Origin: Patescibacteria group bacterium UBA3466
GTDB taxonomy: Bacteria; Patescibacteriota; Minisyncoccia; Phycocordibacterales; UBA918
Direction of reading: 5' to 3'
Assembly: GCA_002378195.1 (NCBI GenBank)
Contig: DFRJ01000004.1
Coordinates: forward strand, 25,073-89,072
Length of the DNA: 64,000 bases
Below the pieces are notes generated by a model, which was not told the origin of the DNA, did no database searches, and worked only from the letters and a program-made list of their open reading frames with translations. Below, one piece after another: positions 1-9,659 of this stretch. Each line of letters starts with the position of its first letter. Within the stretch, counting starts at the first letter, position 1. The translations under genes and the position numbers were made by a program.

Positions 1-1023
1 AAGCCACGCTGAATGTCGGAACGGATTCTCAATAAGGTAATACGATGCCCACGACAACACGAAGGTGAGTGAAAGTGCAACGAGGTAATACGCTAAGGAA
101 TTTAAATATAGGTTGGTGAAATAGAATACTGGCAAATGCCACAGATACAGTGAGTATGAAATCTTTCCGATGTGTAAGAAGTACTTATTTTCTAAGAAAG
201 CAATTATGGCTGTCTTGTTGGTTAGTCCAGCAATAATAATGAGAGAGGTGGCGATAACAGCGAGCAGAGTCTCTATCTGCACCACATTCAAGACCGGCAC
301 GAGTAGCTGAGTTGAGAATAAGAGAATGATTCCAGTGATAATTAAACCTGCTCCATACTTAATGTCTTTAATTTTGAGAGATAAGAAAAACAGCGCACAC
401 CCAACTCCAATCTCCCAAAATCGAGCGGTCGGGAAATAGTAACTTCCCCACATTGAATCAGCGAAAACAACGAAGCTGACGTACGAAAGCACCGATAAGC
501 CAGTAATGACATACAAAAGATATTTGACCTGGTCATTATTATTCTTAAAAAGTCGAAATAATCCCAACATCAAAAGCGGGAATATCAGGTAAAACTGTTC
601 CTCAATTCCCAGCGACCAGGTATGTAGTAACGGGTTGATAAGATCCTGATGAAAATAGTTGTCAGCTTGTTTCAGATAGTAGAAATTTGAAACCGCAAGG
701 ATTGAAGTAACGCTACTCTTAATAAGCAGATTGGTATCCCACAAAAATCCCAGGAAAAAGTAGACGAGGGTTGTAACACTCACCATTGCCACTAGTGCTG
801 GGTATAAACGCTTGAGACGTCGTAAGTAAAAACTGCCAATTTGTACGGTGTTAGTCTTGAGGTAATTCTTGTAAATTGACTGGGAAATAACAAACCCGGA
901 GATCACAAAAAATACATCAACGCCCAAATATCCCCCTTTGAAGATTTCAGGCTCTAGGTGAAACAACATCACCAACACAACCGCAATTGCCCGCAATCCA
1001 TCAATGTAGTGGTGGTATGTCAT
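1..1023 (-). CDS. OafA/acyltransferase_3 family O-acyltransferase, running off the left window edge (absent from the ORF track)
   Basis: Manual translation from ATG at 1023 gives MTYHHYIDGLRAIAVVLVMLFH...GGYLGVDVFFVISGF...RRLKRLYPAL...HTWSLGIEEQFY...SYYLIENPFR, all acyltransferase_3 motifs. Confidence 0.9.
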   Translation of the reverse strand, partial: MTYHHYIDGLRAIAVVLVMLFHLEPEIFKGGYLGVDVFFVISGFVISQSIYKNYLKTNTVQIGSFYLRRLKRLYPALVAMVSVTTLVYFFLGFLWDTNLLIKSSVTSILAVSNFYYLKQADNYFHQDLINPLLHTWSLGIEEQFYLIFPLLMLGLFRLFKNNNDQVKYLLYVITGLSVLSYVSFVVFADSMWGSYYFPTARFWEIGVGCALFFLSLKIKDIKYGAGLIITGIILLFSTQLLVPVLNVVQIETLLAVIATSLIIIAGLTNKTAIIAFLENKYFLHIGKISYSLYLWHLPVFYFTNLYLNSLAYYLVALSLTFVLSWASYYLIENPFRHSAWL

Positions 1024-1054
1024 AAGTACAGGAAATTTAGCACATTACCCAAGA

Positions 1055-1088
1055 AAAAGCGCCCCGATCTTTCGACCGGAGCGCTTTT
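1055..1088 (-). terminator. Intrinsic terminator after the HAD hydrolase gene
   Basis: AAAAGCGCcCCGaTC-tttc-GACCGGAGCGCTTTT hairpin with A/T tails. Confidence 0.7.
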
Positions 1089-1091
1089 ACC

Positions 1092-1790
1092 TTAGAGATT
1101 AAGTAATGCTGGTATATCTGCTACTGAATCTACGCTTGGGAAACGTTCCTCGGCCCACGACTCACGATTCTTTTCAGTGATGATACCAATCATTTGTGTA
1201 CCAGCACCTTTGGCTCCATTGTAGTCACTCCCTCCATCGCCGATCATTACAATCTCATCTGCATTGACTTGGTTCTCCTCTGCAATCAAAGTCAACTCCC
1301 CTGCTTTACCATTTGTCATCGGGTAGCCAATAATTTTGGTGAACATTCCGGCCAACTCAGGATACTCTGATTCAAAGTGTCGAATGTTTGCGACAACTGA
1401 CTCTTCTGGGGTGGCTGAAAGTAAATAGACCTGACCAGAAAAACTGTTTCTAATATTAATTAGTGCAGCGAGATCTTCTTCGTGAATACCATGTTCTCTA
1501 ATCGCTTCTTGGGTCATCTCGTCAAACCGCTCTGCAAACTCCTCGACCCGTTTATTGTCTCGACAATCTTCTTGTGGCTCTTCAATGACATGCGCAATAA
1601 TATTGTATCGATCACCTAGGCCGGTAAATTCGTACAGCTCTCTCGCCTCTTGCAATCTATCTAATTGATCTGCAAACAAGCGCTTCCAGGTCTCTATCTT
1701 GATACCGAGCGTTCCTCTTGTGACCGTATCGTCTACATCAAATACAAGGACTTTGATTCTTTCTGGCTGAAACTCTGCGATCGCACTCAT
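1092..1790 (-). CDS. HAD-superfamily phosphatase
   Basis: Motif I FDVDDT, motif II LSAT, conserved Lys, motif IV MIGDGGSD. Confidence 0.85.
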   Translation of the reverse strand: MSAIAEFQPERIKVLVFDVDDTVTRGTLGIKIETWKRLFADQLDRLQEARELYEFTGLGDRYNIIAHVIEEPQEDCRDNKRVEEFAERFDEMTQEAIREHGIHEEDLAALINIRNSFSGQVYLLSATPEESVVANIRHFESEYPELAGMFTKIIGYPMTNGKAGELTLIAEENQVNADEIVMIGDGGSDYNGAKGAGTQMIGIITEKNRESWAEERFPSVDSVADIPALLNL

Positions 1791-1802
1791 TTTGACTACT
1801 GA

Positions 1803-2525
1803 TTAAATGAGCTTTTCAACTTGTGAGATGTGTTCTGGTCGGTCGACTTCGATCCAATTTGTGTCATCAATTTGAATTCCTTGCACAACCAGATCATTCA
1901 AGACGAATCGTACCAAGTGACATGTTTCTGCCTGCTCTAATTTAGAAATTTCCATATCTCGGAACTGCAGCAACGGTTCTCGCTTCCAAAGGTATAGGCC
2001 GAGGGTCCGATAACCAGTCTCAAGCGGGTGTCGAGTGAAGGTTAAAAACTTGCCGCTGTTACTGACCACCACCTTCACCACATCTTCATCTTGAATCATT
2101 TCTGGAGTAGCAGCGGCATACGGTTGAACAATATCGATTGCTGGATTCTTTATCATTTCTTCACGCGCTTTCCCTAAAAACTCATCGATGATTTCAGCTT
2201 TTACCAGAGGCTGGTCACCCTGAAGCTCAAAGTAATAAGGCGCATCCATACCTTTAGCTACCTCAGCCGCTCGCACAGAACCATTTTCACAATCTGCAGG
2301 AGTCATCACAACTTCCATACCTTGCTCTTTGCAATAATCGTAAATCTTTTGATCATCTGTAGCCACGATTACAGGATCTGCAAACTTTGAAGCTTTTGCA
2401 TTATCGTAAATCCAATCAATCATTGCCCGACCCTGAATCTGCTGAAGTGGCTTTCCGGGAAATCGAGTGGAGTTGAAACGTGCGGGAATGATGCACGTGA
2501 AGGTTTGAGTTGGTTTTAATGACAT
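1803..2525 (-). CDS. kdsB: KdsB-like (CMP-Kdo synthetase family) acylneuraminate cytidylyltransferase
   Basis: IIPARFNSTRFPGKPL, VATDD, QGDQPL, LEQAE and EVDRPE motifs are of the KdsB type. Confidence 0.8.
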   Translation of the reverse strand: MSLKPTQTFTCIIPARFNSTRFPGKPLQQIQGRAMIDWIYDNAKASKFADPVIVATDDQKIYDYCKEQGMEVVMTPADCENGSVRAAEVAKGMDAPYYFELQGDQPLVKAEIIDEFLGKAREEMIKNPAIDIVQPYAAATPEMIQDEDVVKVVVSNSGKFLTFTRHPLETGYRTLGLYLWKREPLLQFRDMEISKLEQAETCHLVRFVLNDLVVQGIQIDDTNWIEVDRPEHISQVEKLI

Positions 2526-2589
2526 AAATAGTGTAACCTAGTCTACACTAAAACAGTTTTAAAGGTAAATATTTAAATAAAATTTTTAA

Positions 2590-3024
2590 ATGAAATTAAC
2601 TCTAATTGGGAGCGTAAGTGCGGCAGATAAATTTGTCGAAACCTACAATAACTTACGCAAGCTTGGTCACGAACCAACCATTCATGAAGATATGTTTGAA
2701 TACAGCAAAACTTCATGGGAAGAAGTTCACGATAAGTCAGAATTACGTGAACACGCACAAACTAAAATAGATAACGACTACATCAAGTGGTGGCACAAAT
2801 CTATTATGGATAGCGACGGTATCGTTGTCTTAAATTACGACAAAAAAGGTATTAAAAACTATGTCGGAGGTAACACACTTATGGAAATTGGTTTTGCGTA
2901 TGTTGCTGACAAAGAAATCTATCTCATGAACCCAATCCCTGAAGACGTACCATACACTGACGAAATTGAAGCAATGGTTAAGAAAGAAAACATTCTGAAC
3001 GGAGACCTCAACAACATTATCTAG
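2590..3024 (+). CDS. Nucleoside 2-deoxyribosyltransferase-like fold protein
   Basis: SDGIVVLN...YVGGNTLMEIGFAY pattern, common in CPR genomes. Confidence 0.55.
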   Translation: MKLTLIGSVSAADKFVETYNNLRKLGHEPTIHEDMFEYSKTSWEEVHDKSELREHAQTKIDNDYIKWWHKSIMDSDGIVVLNYDKKGIKNYVGGNTLMEIGFAYVADKEIYLMNPIPEDVPYTDEIEAMVKKENILNGDLNNII

Positions 3025-3494
3025 AGAATTGAATTCGCTTGCAGAATTTCGACCCAAACTGGTTCAAGGCCTGGGTTTTTCTTCCATTCAGATTCTTCAA
3101 TGTTGCCCGCGAGATATTCGGAGGTTCTATCTGCCAGACTCCGTAATGTAGACGGGTCTGCCCAGACCACTTGCTTCGTCTCATCTGCACTTGGGACCAC
3201 TTCCCCTTCAAACCCAGCTTTGAAAACATACCAATGGTGATAATCACCGCCGAGACGGCGACACTTATTTTCGTAGCGCTTCTCATGGATCAGCTCCACT
3301 TCAGTAAGGGTCAGTCCTACCTCCTCTTTTACTTCACCAATCGCACAGGCTTCGGGTGATGAAAAGTCATCAATGTGACCAGCTGGTAACGCAAAGCCAA
3401 AAGGAAATTTTTTGCGCTCAATTAACAATAACCTCCCATTGTCATCAGCAATGACAACACCTACTGAATAATTATCGCAAACCTTAGTCATCAA
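3021..3494 (-). CDS. NUDIX hydrolase
   Basis: LPAGHID...EACAIGEVKEEVGL Nudix box; start overlaps the end of the neuB-like gene. Confidence 0.85.
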   Translation of the reverse strand: MMTKVCDNYSVGVVIADDNGRLLLIERKKFPFGFALPAGHIDDFSSPEACAIGEVKEEVGLTLTEVELIHEKRYENKCRRLGGDYHHWYVFKAGFEGEVVPSADETKQVVWADPSTLRSLADRTSEYLAGNIEESEWKKNPGLEPVWVEILQANSIL

Positions 3495-4596
3495 TCGAAA
3501 CGGTATCTTTGGTCAGCGGTTGATCAGCCTTGATCGGTTTTTTTACCGTCATCTTCTTATCGAGATCGATCGACGCAAGCTGCCCTTCCTGTAACGGGAT
3601 TGCAAGGAAGTAGTCAGTCCCCAATCCTTCGTCGGTAAACTCGTAACCGGCTTCAAGGTCACGGAGTGCATACGCACCACGGTTTACGCTCTTGATGTAA
3701 CCTGCTTCAATGTCGGTCATAGTTCGAACTGAATCAGCTGCATTACCACACATTGCCTTAGCAACATGATGTGATCGGAACCATTCATCAGCTTCTTCTG
3801 GGACAATACAGTACTTCTGCACTACATGTTCATCAGCTTGAATGTCGATATGACGTTCAAAGCTCACCGCTCCTTTAGCAACAGCGATAATATGAGATCG
3901 CGTAATATCTACGTAGTCATGAGAAGAGAATCCGATTGGGTTATCTGGATAGCGCGCTTTCCAAAAATCAATCTGGTTCATTTGGAGATCTTCGTCGTCA
4001 GACGGGTAGTTTGATACACACTGATTAATCAAAAGGGGTACATTGTTAGCAGCTGCCATCTCAACAATTCGATCTACATGACTGAGGTTTACTGCTCCGG
4101 TTGAAATAGACATAGGCTTACCAAGCTCAACCACTTTCTTTACGAGGTTAATTGAACCAGTGTCAGAACTAGCCAGCTTCATCACATCGACATCCAACTC
4201 GCCACACAGATCTACCGATCGTTCGTCATAGGGAGTCACCATAGTAACCAAGCCTTCATCACGGATCGCGTTCACTAGCTCAGCAAACTCATCGTCGGTC
4301 AGTTTTGTTGCCAGGGTCTTTTTGATATACCGGGTATGTGATCCCGGCGCTTGGTTGTTCTCACCGTCATTCAATTCATTTTCTTTAGGTAAGAAATCTT
4401 TATGAATAAAATTATCAGTATCAAATGCCTGCAGCTTAATAGCAGCTCGCACATTATTCTTTTTTACTACCTCAGCATATTGGCGAATGATTTCCTTTCC
4501 TCGCTCAACACTCCCCCAGTGATTACGAGCAAGTTCTAATACAAATAAATCATCAAAAATGTCAGTTTCTTTCATAGTTGGTAATGTATCATTCAA
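3484..4596 (-). CDS. NeuB-family (N-acetylneuraminate synthase-like) ulosonic acid synthase with C-terminal SAF/AFP-like domain
   Basis: ELARNHWGS, IKLQ, TPYD, KLASSD, ISTG, CVSNYP, GFSSH and FERH motifs. Confidence 0.85.
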   Translation of the reverse strand: MNDTLPTMKETDIFDDLFVLELARNHWGSVERGKEIIRQYAEVVKKNNVRAAIKLQAFDTDNFIHKDFLPKENELNDGENNQAPGSHTRYIKKTLATKLTDDEFAELVNAIRDEGLVTMVTPYDERSVDLCGELDVDVMKLASSDTGSINLVKKVVELGKPMSISTGAVNLSHVDRIVEMAAANNVPLLINQCVSNYPSDDEDLQMNQIDFWKARYPDNPIGFSSHDYVDITRSHIIAVAKGAVSFERHIDIQADEHVVQKYCIVPEEADEWFRSHHVAKAMCGNAADSVRTMTDIEAGYIKSVNRGAYALRDLEAGYEFTDEGLGTDYFLAIPLQEGQLASIDLDKKMTVKKPIKADQPLTKDTVSIDD

Positions 4597-4639
4597 TTAC
4601 TAATGTGTCATACCTATAACAGGGTGTAATTCTCTATTG

Positions 4640-6028
4640 TTACACCTCATTAACTTCAGCAAGTACTTCTTTAAGCAATCTTTCACCTGAATCTCCTTCA
4701 AACGGAGCAACAAATTTTTCGATTGCAGCCAGCCGATTCTTATGATCAATCGTAGGATCCTCTAAGTACTCATTAATATTGGCAATCATTCCAGCAAACG
4801 AAGTTGGAACCTTTGCGCTCCCAGTTTTCATTAGAGCTTCGTAGTGATCAAAACTATCAAACAATCGACCTACTCTCTTCCACTTGGGTAGACTTTTTGA
4901 TTCATCGTCAAAGTTGATGCAAATCACCGGTCGGTCGAAAACCGCACCGTCGATTGCTAACGTAGATGCAACATTGATAAGGACATCACAGTGATAGACC
5001 AAATTGATGAAGAAGTCTTTATCATTAAATGCCGTCCGCTTATCCAAAAACGGTGCATTGAGGGTGGTGTGTTTTAAACTGTCAATGTTGTAGTCACTTA
5101 TCTCAAAAGGAGTACTGGGGTGAGGGCGGAATACGACTTGGACCGGCTCATCAATCTTCCCCTCCTCTATCGCTTGGTCTAATTTTTTAGGTAACACGTC
5201 TTCGCTCCAATAAAAATCAAAACCGCCAAGTAAGATAAGTTTTTTTGTTGGATCCAAATTGTTCTCTCTGAGGAAATCTTCTTTTGGCTTCACAAACTTT
5301 TCTGGGTAGCGATAGTAGTCGTAATGAGGTAAGCCAATAATACTTGTTCGAGTGTTACTAAGATCCATCGACTGAAGCTTTGTTGCGCACTCTTCGAGCC
5401 ATTTATTCTGAAAAATAAACGTATCTGGTACGAATGGCAATAATCCATGAATCGCCATATTATCCCAACTACGAACCATTCCCACCACTCGTACACCTCT
5501 TCGCTTTGCAGTTGCGCCAATAAGGGCATCATATTTAATATCGACCAAAGCCGAAGCAAATACTAAATCCGGTTGATAAGTATCAAAAAGCTCCTCAATC
5601 CATGCGGCAGAGAGTTTGCCGTACACTTTTCGTAACAGATTGTGATACCAAGAGAAATTAGCTACGGTCGAAGCTAGTAGGACCTTAAGCATGGTACTCC
5701 CCCAACTCGCTTGTCTCATTGTGTAGCTTCGCCAGCGGTACAAACGCACACCTTTAGTATTGGTGCCAGTCCTCACTAAAAACAAAACTAGTTTATGCCA
5801 TAAAGAAGTTTGATAGTCAGATACATTTTCAATAACAACATTCTCAGCGCCAAATTTTTCCTCGTATAATTCTCGCTCCCCCGCTTCACCAATCAGTACT
5901 ATTTGATGATCCTTCATCTGGCTGACAAAATTTGGCCAAAATTCTGTTTCGAGAATATTTCGCCGCATAATATTTTTTGAAATAACTACGAAAATAGTTT
6001 TCTTATTTGTCACTTTTGTACCTTGCAT
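4640..6028 (-). CDS. GT-B glycosyl/glycerophosphotransferase (TagF/CDP-glycerol transferase-like), probable ulosonic acid transferase
   Basis: SWDN, GLPHYD, FRPHP and INVASTLAIDGAVFDRPVI motifs; start moved to ATG 6028. Confidence 0.6.
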   Translation of the reverse strand: MQGTKVTNKKTIFVVISKNIMRRNILETEFWPNFVSQMKDHQIVLIGEAGERELYEEKFGAENVVIENVSDYQTSLWHKLVLFLVRTGTNTKGVRLYRWRSYTMRQASWGSTMLKVLLASTVANFSWYHNLLRKVYGKLSAAWIEELFDTYQPDLVFASALVDIKYDALIGATAKRRGVRVVGMVRSWDNMAIHGLLPFVPDTFIFQNKWLEECATKLQSMDLSNTRTSIIGLPHYDYYRYPEKFVKPKEDFLRENNLDPTKKLILLGGFDFYWSEDVLPKKLDQAIEEGKIDEPVQVVFRPHPSTPFEISDYNIDSLKHTTLNAPFLDKRTAFNDKDFFINLVYHCDVLINVASTLAIDGAVFDRPVICINFDDESKSLPKWKRVGRLFDSFDHYEALMKTGSAKVPTSFAGMIANINEYLEDPTIDHKNRLAAIEKFVAPFEGDSGERLLKEVLAEVNEV

Positions 6029-6079
6029 AATGTTGTATATAGGAATTGACCTCTCACTAAGTAACAATATAATACTATC

Positions 6080-7000
6080 GTGAAAAAAACTACCAAGAAA
6101 AATATCAGAAAAGCAAAATTTTCGTTGCGGAGAAATGCTTTCCAGGTGTATTCAGACTTAAAGTACTTCAAGCCAGTCTGGCAATTAGTAAACCGTAAAG
6201 CCATCAAATCATTCCAATCAAATCGACCCGTTCTTTCTCCTGCCCAAGAGAGGATTCTCAATCAACTAAACGCCGACGGTATTGCAACCACTTCGCTTGA
6301 AGAACTCTTCCCTAACAAAAACATTCTCCAAGAACTGACAGAATATCTAAAAAAAAGAAGTCACCGCGAGTACCAAAACTTCAAAAAACCTTTTTTGATT
6401 GATTTGATTCCAGAAGTTCCAGAACTTGGAGTCGAAGTACCGTTTTTTAACCTAGCAATTGATAAAACGATCCTTGATATAGTTAATAGCTACCTTGGTT
6501 TACATAGCGTTTTGTACTACTACAATATCCGTAAGACAAAATTATCTGGTGACGCCCTCCCTACTCACTCACAAAACTGGCATCGCGCCCCCCAAGAATC
6601 TAAAAACTGTCGCGTGTACATTTATTTGAGTGACGTAACTGAAGACTCTGGGCCGTTTATGTATGTCCCCCAATCAACGAAAGGTGGTAAGTATGCTCAT
6701 GTCGCAAAGCAAACCTCTCGAACCCGCGGTTATGAATCTGCCGAACAAATTGAAGCTAAGGTAGTCCGGTCAGATATTATGACCGTCACCGGAAAAGCCG
6801 GCACCGTAATTATTTGTGATTCAACTGGGCTTCACCGTGGCGGCTACTCAAATAAGGACACTAGGGTAATGTCGACCTTTGGATACAGTGCTCCATCATT
6901 TAGGGAGAACATTAATTACTCCTACCCCGAAAGCTTAAAAGAAAAAATTGCTTCAACGCCAGCCGTGCAACAGGTACTCAACCCGAAGTGGGAACGTTAA
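6080..7000 (+). CDS. PhyH-like Fe(II)/2-oxoglutarate enzyme with an HxA motif (halogenase-like variant)
   Basis: QNWHRAPQE...IYLSDV...GPFMYVPQS...GKAGTVIICDSTGLHRGG...R; paralogue of the next gene. Confidence 0.8.
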   Translation: MKKTTKKNIRKAKFSLRRNAFQVYSDLKYFKPVWQLVNRKAIKSFQSNRPVLSPAQERILNQLNADGIATTSLEELFPNKNILQELTEYLKKRSHREYQNFKKPFLIDLIPEVPELGVEVPFFNLAIDKTILDIVNSYLGLHSVLYYYNIRKTKLSGDALPTHSQNWHRAPQESKNCRVYIYLSDVTEDSGPFMYVPQSTKGGKYAHVAKQTSRTRGYESAEQIEAKVVRSDIMTVTGKAGTVIICDSTGLHRGGYSNKDTRVMSTFGYSAPSFRENINYSYPESLKEKIASTPAVQQVLNPKWER

Positions 7001-7027
7001 ATTATTGGATGGTATAATCTGCAAACT

Positions 7028-7933
7028 ATGAGTATCAAAAACACAATTAACAAAAATTTATTCGAAGTAATTGCCAAGGCAAAGTACCCGCTTCCAATCT
7101 GGAAGACACTTAACCATAAGAACGTTGCATTATTTAAGAGCAATACTCCGGAATTAAATGAAGTACAAAATCGCATCCTCAGTGATTTGAAAAACACCGG
7201 TATTGCAACCACGTCTCTTGATGAGCTTTTCCCAAAGGAAAATCTCCTCGAAACTCTCAATGCTTTCGCTGCGAAAAAGGAAGAAACAGGATCAACAAAT
7301 CACAAAAAGAAATTCTTGGTGGACTACTGGGATGAGGTGGTAGAACTTGATATCAACAACCCATTTTTGAAGACAGCGCTTAGCGCCAAAATTATTGATG
7401 TGGTTAATAGCTACATGGAGATGTACACCTCTCTTATGTATTTCACTCTACAAAAGACTATTCCAATTGGTGAAGGTGAACTAACCAACTCACAAAACTG
7501 GCATCGAGATCCGCAAGAAGTGAAGCAGGTAAAAGTTTTTACCTACCTAAATGATATCGATCAAAACTCTGGACCTTTTACTTACGTCCCCCACTCTGCA
7601 CCCACTCACAAGCACGAATACGCCAAATTATTTCCACAGCAACCTCCTCAAGGGTCATATCCTGGTAATGGACAGGTGGAAGAAAAAGTAAAAACTGAAG
7701 ATATAATCCCAATGCTGGGTAAAGCAGGCACCATGATTTTTTGTGACACGAATGGATTACACTACGGGGGTGTCGCAAAAACAAACCCACGAATTATGTC
7801 TACCTTTGGCTACTCAGCTCACACTTACAAAGAGAATAAGATGTATTACTATGATCAAAAATTCCTTGATTCAATTACTGACTTCTCTCCGCAAGCAAAG
7901 CACTCAATCCGACCACAGTGGAAAAATAAATAA
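7028..7933 (+). CDS. PhyH-like Fe(II)/2-oxoglutarate dioxygenase with canonical HxD...H motif
   Basis: QNWHRDPQE...YLNDI...GPFTYVPHS...GKAGTMIFCDTNGLHYGG...PR. Confidence 0.85.
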   Translation: MSIKNTINKNLFEVIAKAKYPLPIWKTLNHKNVALFKSNTPELNEVQNRILSDLKNTGIATTSLDELFPKENLLETLNAFAAKKEETGSTNHKKKFLVDYWDEVVELDINNPFLKTALSAKIIDVVNSYMEMYTSLMYFTLQKTIPIGEGELTNSQNWHRDPQEVKQVKVFTYLNDIDQNSGPFTYVPHSAPTHKHEYAKLFPQQPPQGSYPGNGQVEEKVKTEDIIPMLGKAGTMIFCDTNGLHYGGVAKTNPRIMSTFGYSAHTYKENKMYYYDQKFLDSITDFSPQAKHSIRPQWKNK

Positions 7934-7966
7934 GGAAAGCCATGCAATAGCATGGCTTTCCTTATT
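7929..7966. terminator. Bidirectional intrinsic terminator
   Basis: Perfect hairpin AATAAGGAAAGCCATGC-aata-GCATGGCTTTCCTTATT between convergent genes. Confidence 0.8.
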
Positions 7967-8729
7967 TTCTCTTTAGAACAAAGAAAATCGTTTCTACAAA
8001 TAGATTTTTGAATTGATATTCTGGTAACAACAATTTCAATAATGGGTACATTAACTTAATTCGTAAAATAGTTTTGGGTACGTTATAGCGTACATCTATG
8101 ACCTCATAATTTAACTTGTCTCGGCTAGAGTGATAATAAATGAAGTCTTCGGCGTCTTCAGTATTAAAAAACCATTTGTGTCGATCGTGTGGTTTTTCAG
8201 GTGGAATACCATACGATTCCCAACGGCCTCGTCCTTTGATCATTTCGTTTACTGCCTTCTTCCAATTATTTGGCAATGACACTAAGACATATTCACTAGA
8301 CAGTCTAATTATATCTGAAAAACCTTCGTGAAAATTATCTATATGTTCTAATGTGTCATAGCAAATCACTGACTGGTAGCTAGAGTCGGAAGCTGGTACT
8401 GGTGTCTTTTCCCAATCCCAATCAGGCAAATCTTTGTTGTGCTTGTCTACTAATTCTGCCCTAACTCCAGTTAGTCGCTCTAATAGCTCGGAGCTACGAC
8501 TTCCCACATCAATCACTTTACCCTGCAAGTATTCTTTGTGATACTTTGCCAAATGTCGATACCTCTGCTCAGGCCTAGGATCAAACGCATCATAGGTGAC
8601 CTTATCAGTTAGCTTAAATTTATTTTTATATTCATCTATTTTAGCCAGACCTAAATCTGAAAGAGCTACACTGGTATAGTGTTTATTATTGCTAAAACGG
8701 GGCTTCACTCGATTAAATGCGTAACTCAT
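7962..8729 (-). CDS. Class I SAM-dependent methyltransferase
   Basis: VIDVGS, CYDTLEHI, VSLPN. Confidence 0.75.
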   Translation of the reverse strand: MSYAFNRVKPRFSNNKHYTSVALSDLGLAKIDEYKNKFKLTDKVTYDAFDPRPEQRYRHLAKYHKEYLQGKVIDVGSRSSELLERLTGVRAELVDKHNKDLPDWDWEKTPVPASDSSYQSVICYDTLEHIDNFHEGFSDIIRLSSEYVLVSLPNNWKKAVNEMIKGRGRWESYGIPPEKPHDRHKWFFNTEDAEDFIYYHSSRDKLNYEVIDVRYNVPKTILRIKLMYPLLKLLLPEYQFKNLFVETIFFVLKRK

Positions 8730-8773
8730 AGAAAAAGATATTTTTAGTCACTTACAAATATAACAAAATAAAA

Positions 8774-9595
8774 CTAATTTTTGTAACCATTAACCATAAA
8801 GTAACCATTTGCCTGCACATTAAACTTCTTAATTACAAATCCAGCAGCTTCCAACAAATCCTTTACCTGGCCAAAAGACTCGTCCGGGTGGTGAAATTCC
8901 ATAACTATCCTGTTAATCTTGTCAAAACTAGAACTGTTTGATAATTCTTTAATTACACCAATTTCAGCCCCTTCAATATCTAGCTTGAGTGTCACAGCAC
9001 CATAAGCTTGCAAAAACTCAGACAGTTTCCTTACTTCGACTGTCCGTTTTCGCGTCGGTTCAGCCTTTTCTGGTAATTTACTTGCCCTGTCTGGCACAAT
9101 TGTTGTTGCTCGCCTGGAACCATAAGTATCCATTTTCATGTTAGTTTCACCAATTCCAACCTGATGAGAAATTACATTATCAAGCTTATTAGAGAATAAA
9201 TTTTTCTGGTATAAACCATAAGTGTCTGTGTCCATTTCAAATCCGACAATTTCCACTCGCGGCATCAGCCAGTCAAAGTATATTGTGGCTAAACCAATAT
9301 TGGCCCCCACATCAAAGACAACATCATCATCTCCATTAATAACCTCTTTATACTCTTCGGTTACAAAAATTTCGTAGAAAGTAGCAAACAAGTCAGCTAT
9401 ATTGTCGGTCGACACCTGATACCCTACCACAGAGACATTTATCACCTCCCCTGCATTTTGATAATTTTTATGCAAATAGTGCCTGCGCCTAATTTTAAGA
9501 AGCAAAAAAGTGAAAGCTAGCTGGATTCTTTTATGTAGAGACAGATGCTTCTTATTTAAGATAAAAAACAAATCTTTAAAAACTGGAGTAATCAT
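8774..9595 (-). CDS. FkbM-family methyltransferase
   Basis: FDVGANIG, GFE, KLDIEGAE, MEFH; start moved to ATG 9595. Confidence 0.85.
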   Translation of the reverse strand: MITPVFKDLFFILNKKHLSLHKRIQLAFTFLLLKIRRRHYLHKNYQNAGEVINVSVVGYQVSTDNIADLFATFYEIFVTEEYKEVINGDDDVVFDVGANIGLATIYFDWLMPRVEIVGFEMDTDTYGLYQKNLFSNKLDNVISHQVGIGETNMKMDTYGSRRATTIVPDRASKLPEKAEPTRKRTVEVRKLSEFLQAYGAVTLKLDIEGAEIGVIKELSNSSSFDKINRIVMEFHHPDESFGQVKDLLEAAGFVIKKFNVQANGYFMVNGYKN

Positions 9596-9659
9596 AAAGC
9601 TTCGGTAGTATAGCAATAATTAATGGATTAATAAAATTCATCAGTTATAATTGCTAATT

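Noticed and set aside
342-536. 64-aa minus-strand ORF in the track
   Set aside because: It lies out of frame inside the real acyltransferase gene (1-1023), which the track missed because it runs off the window edge.
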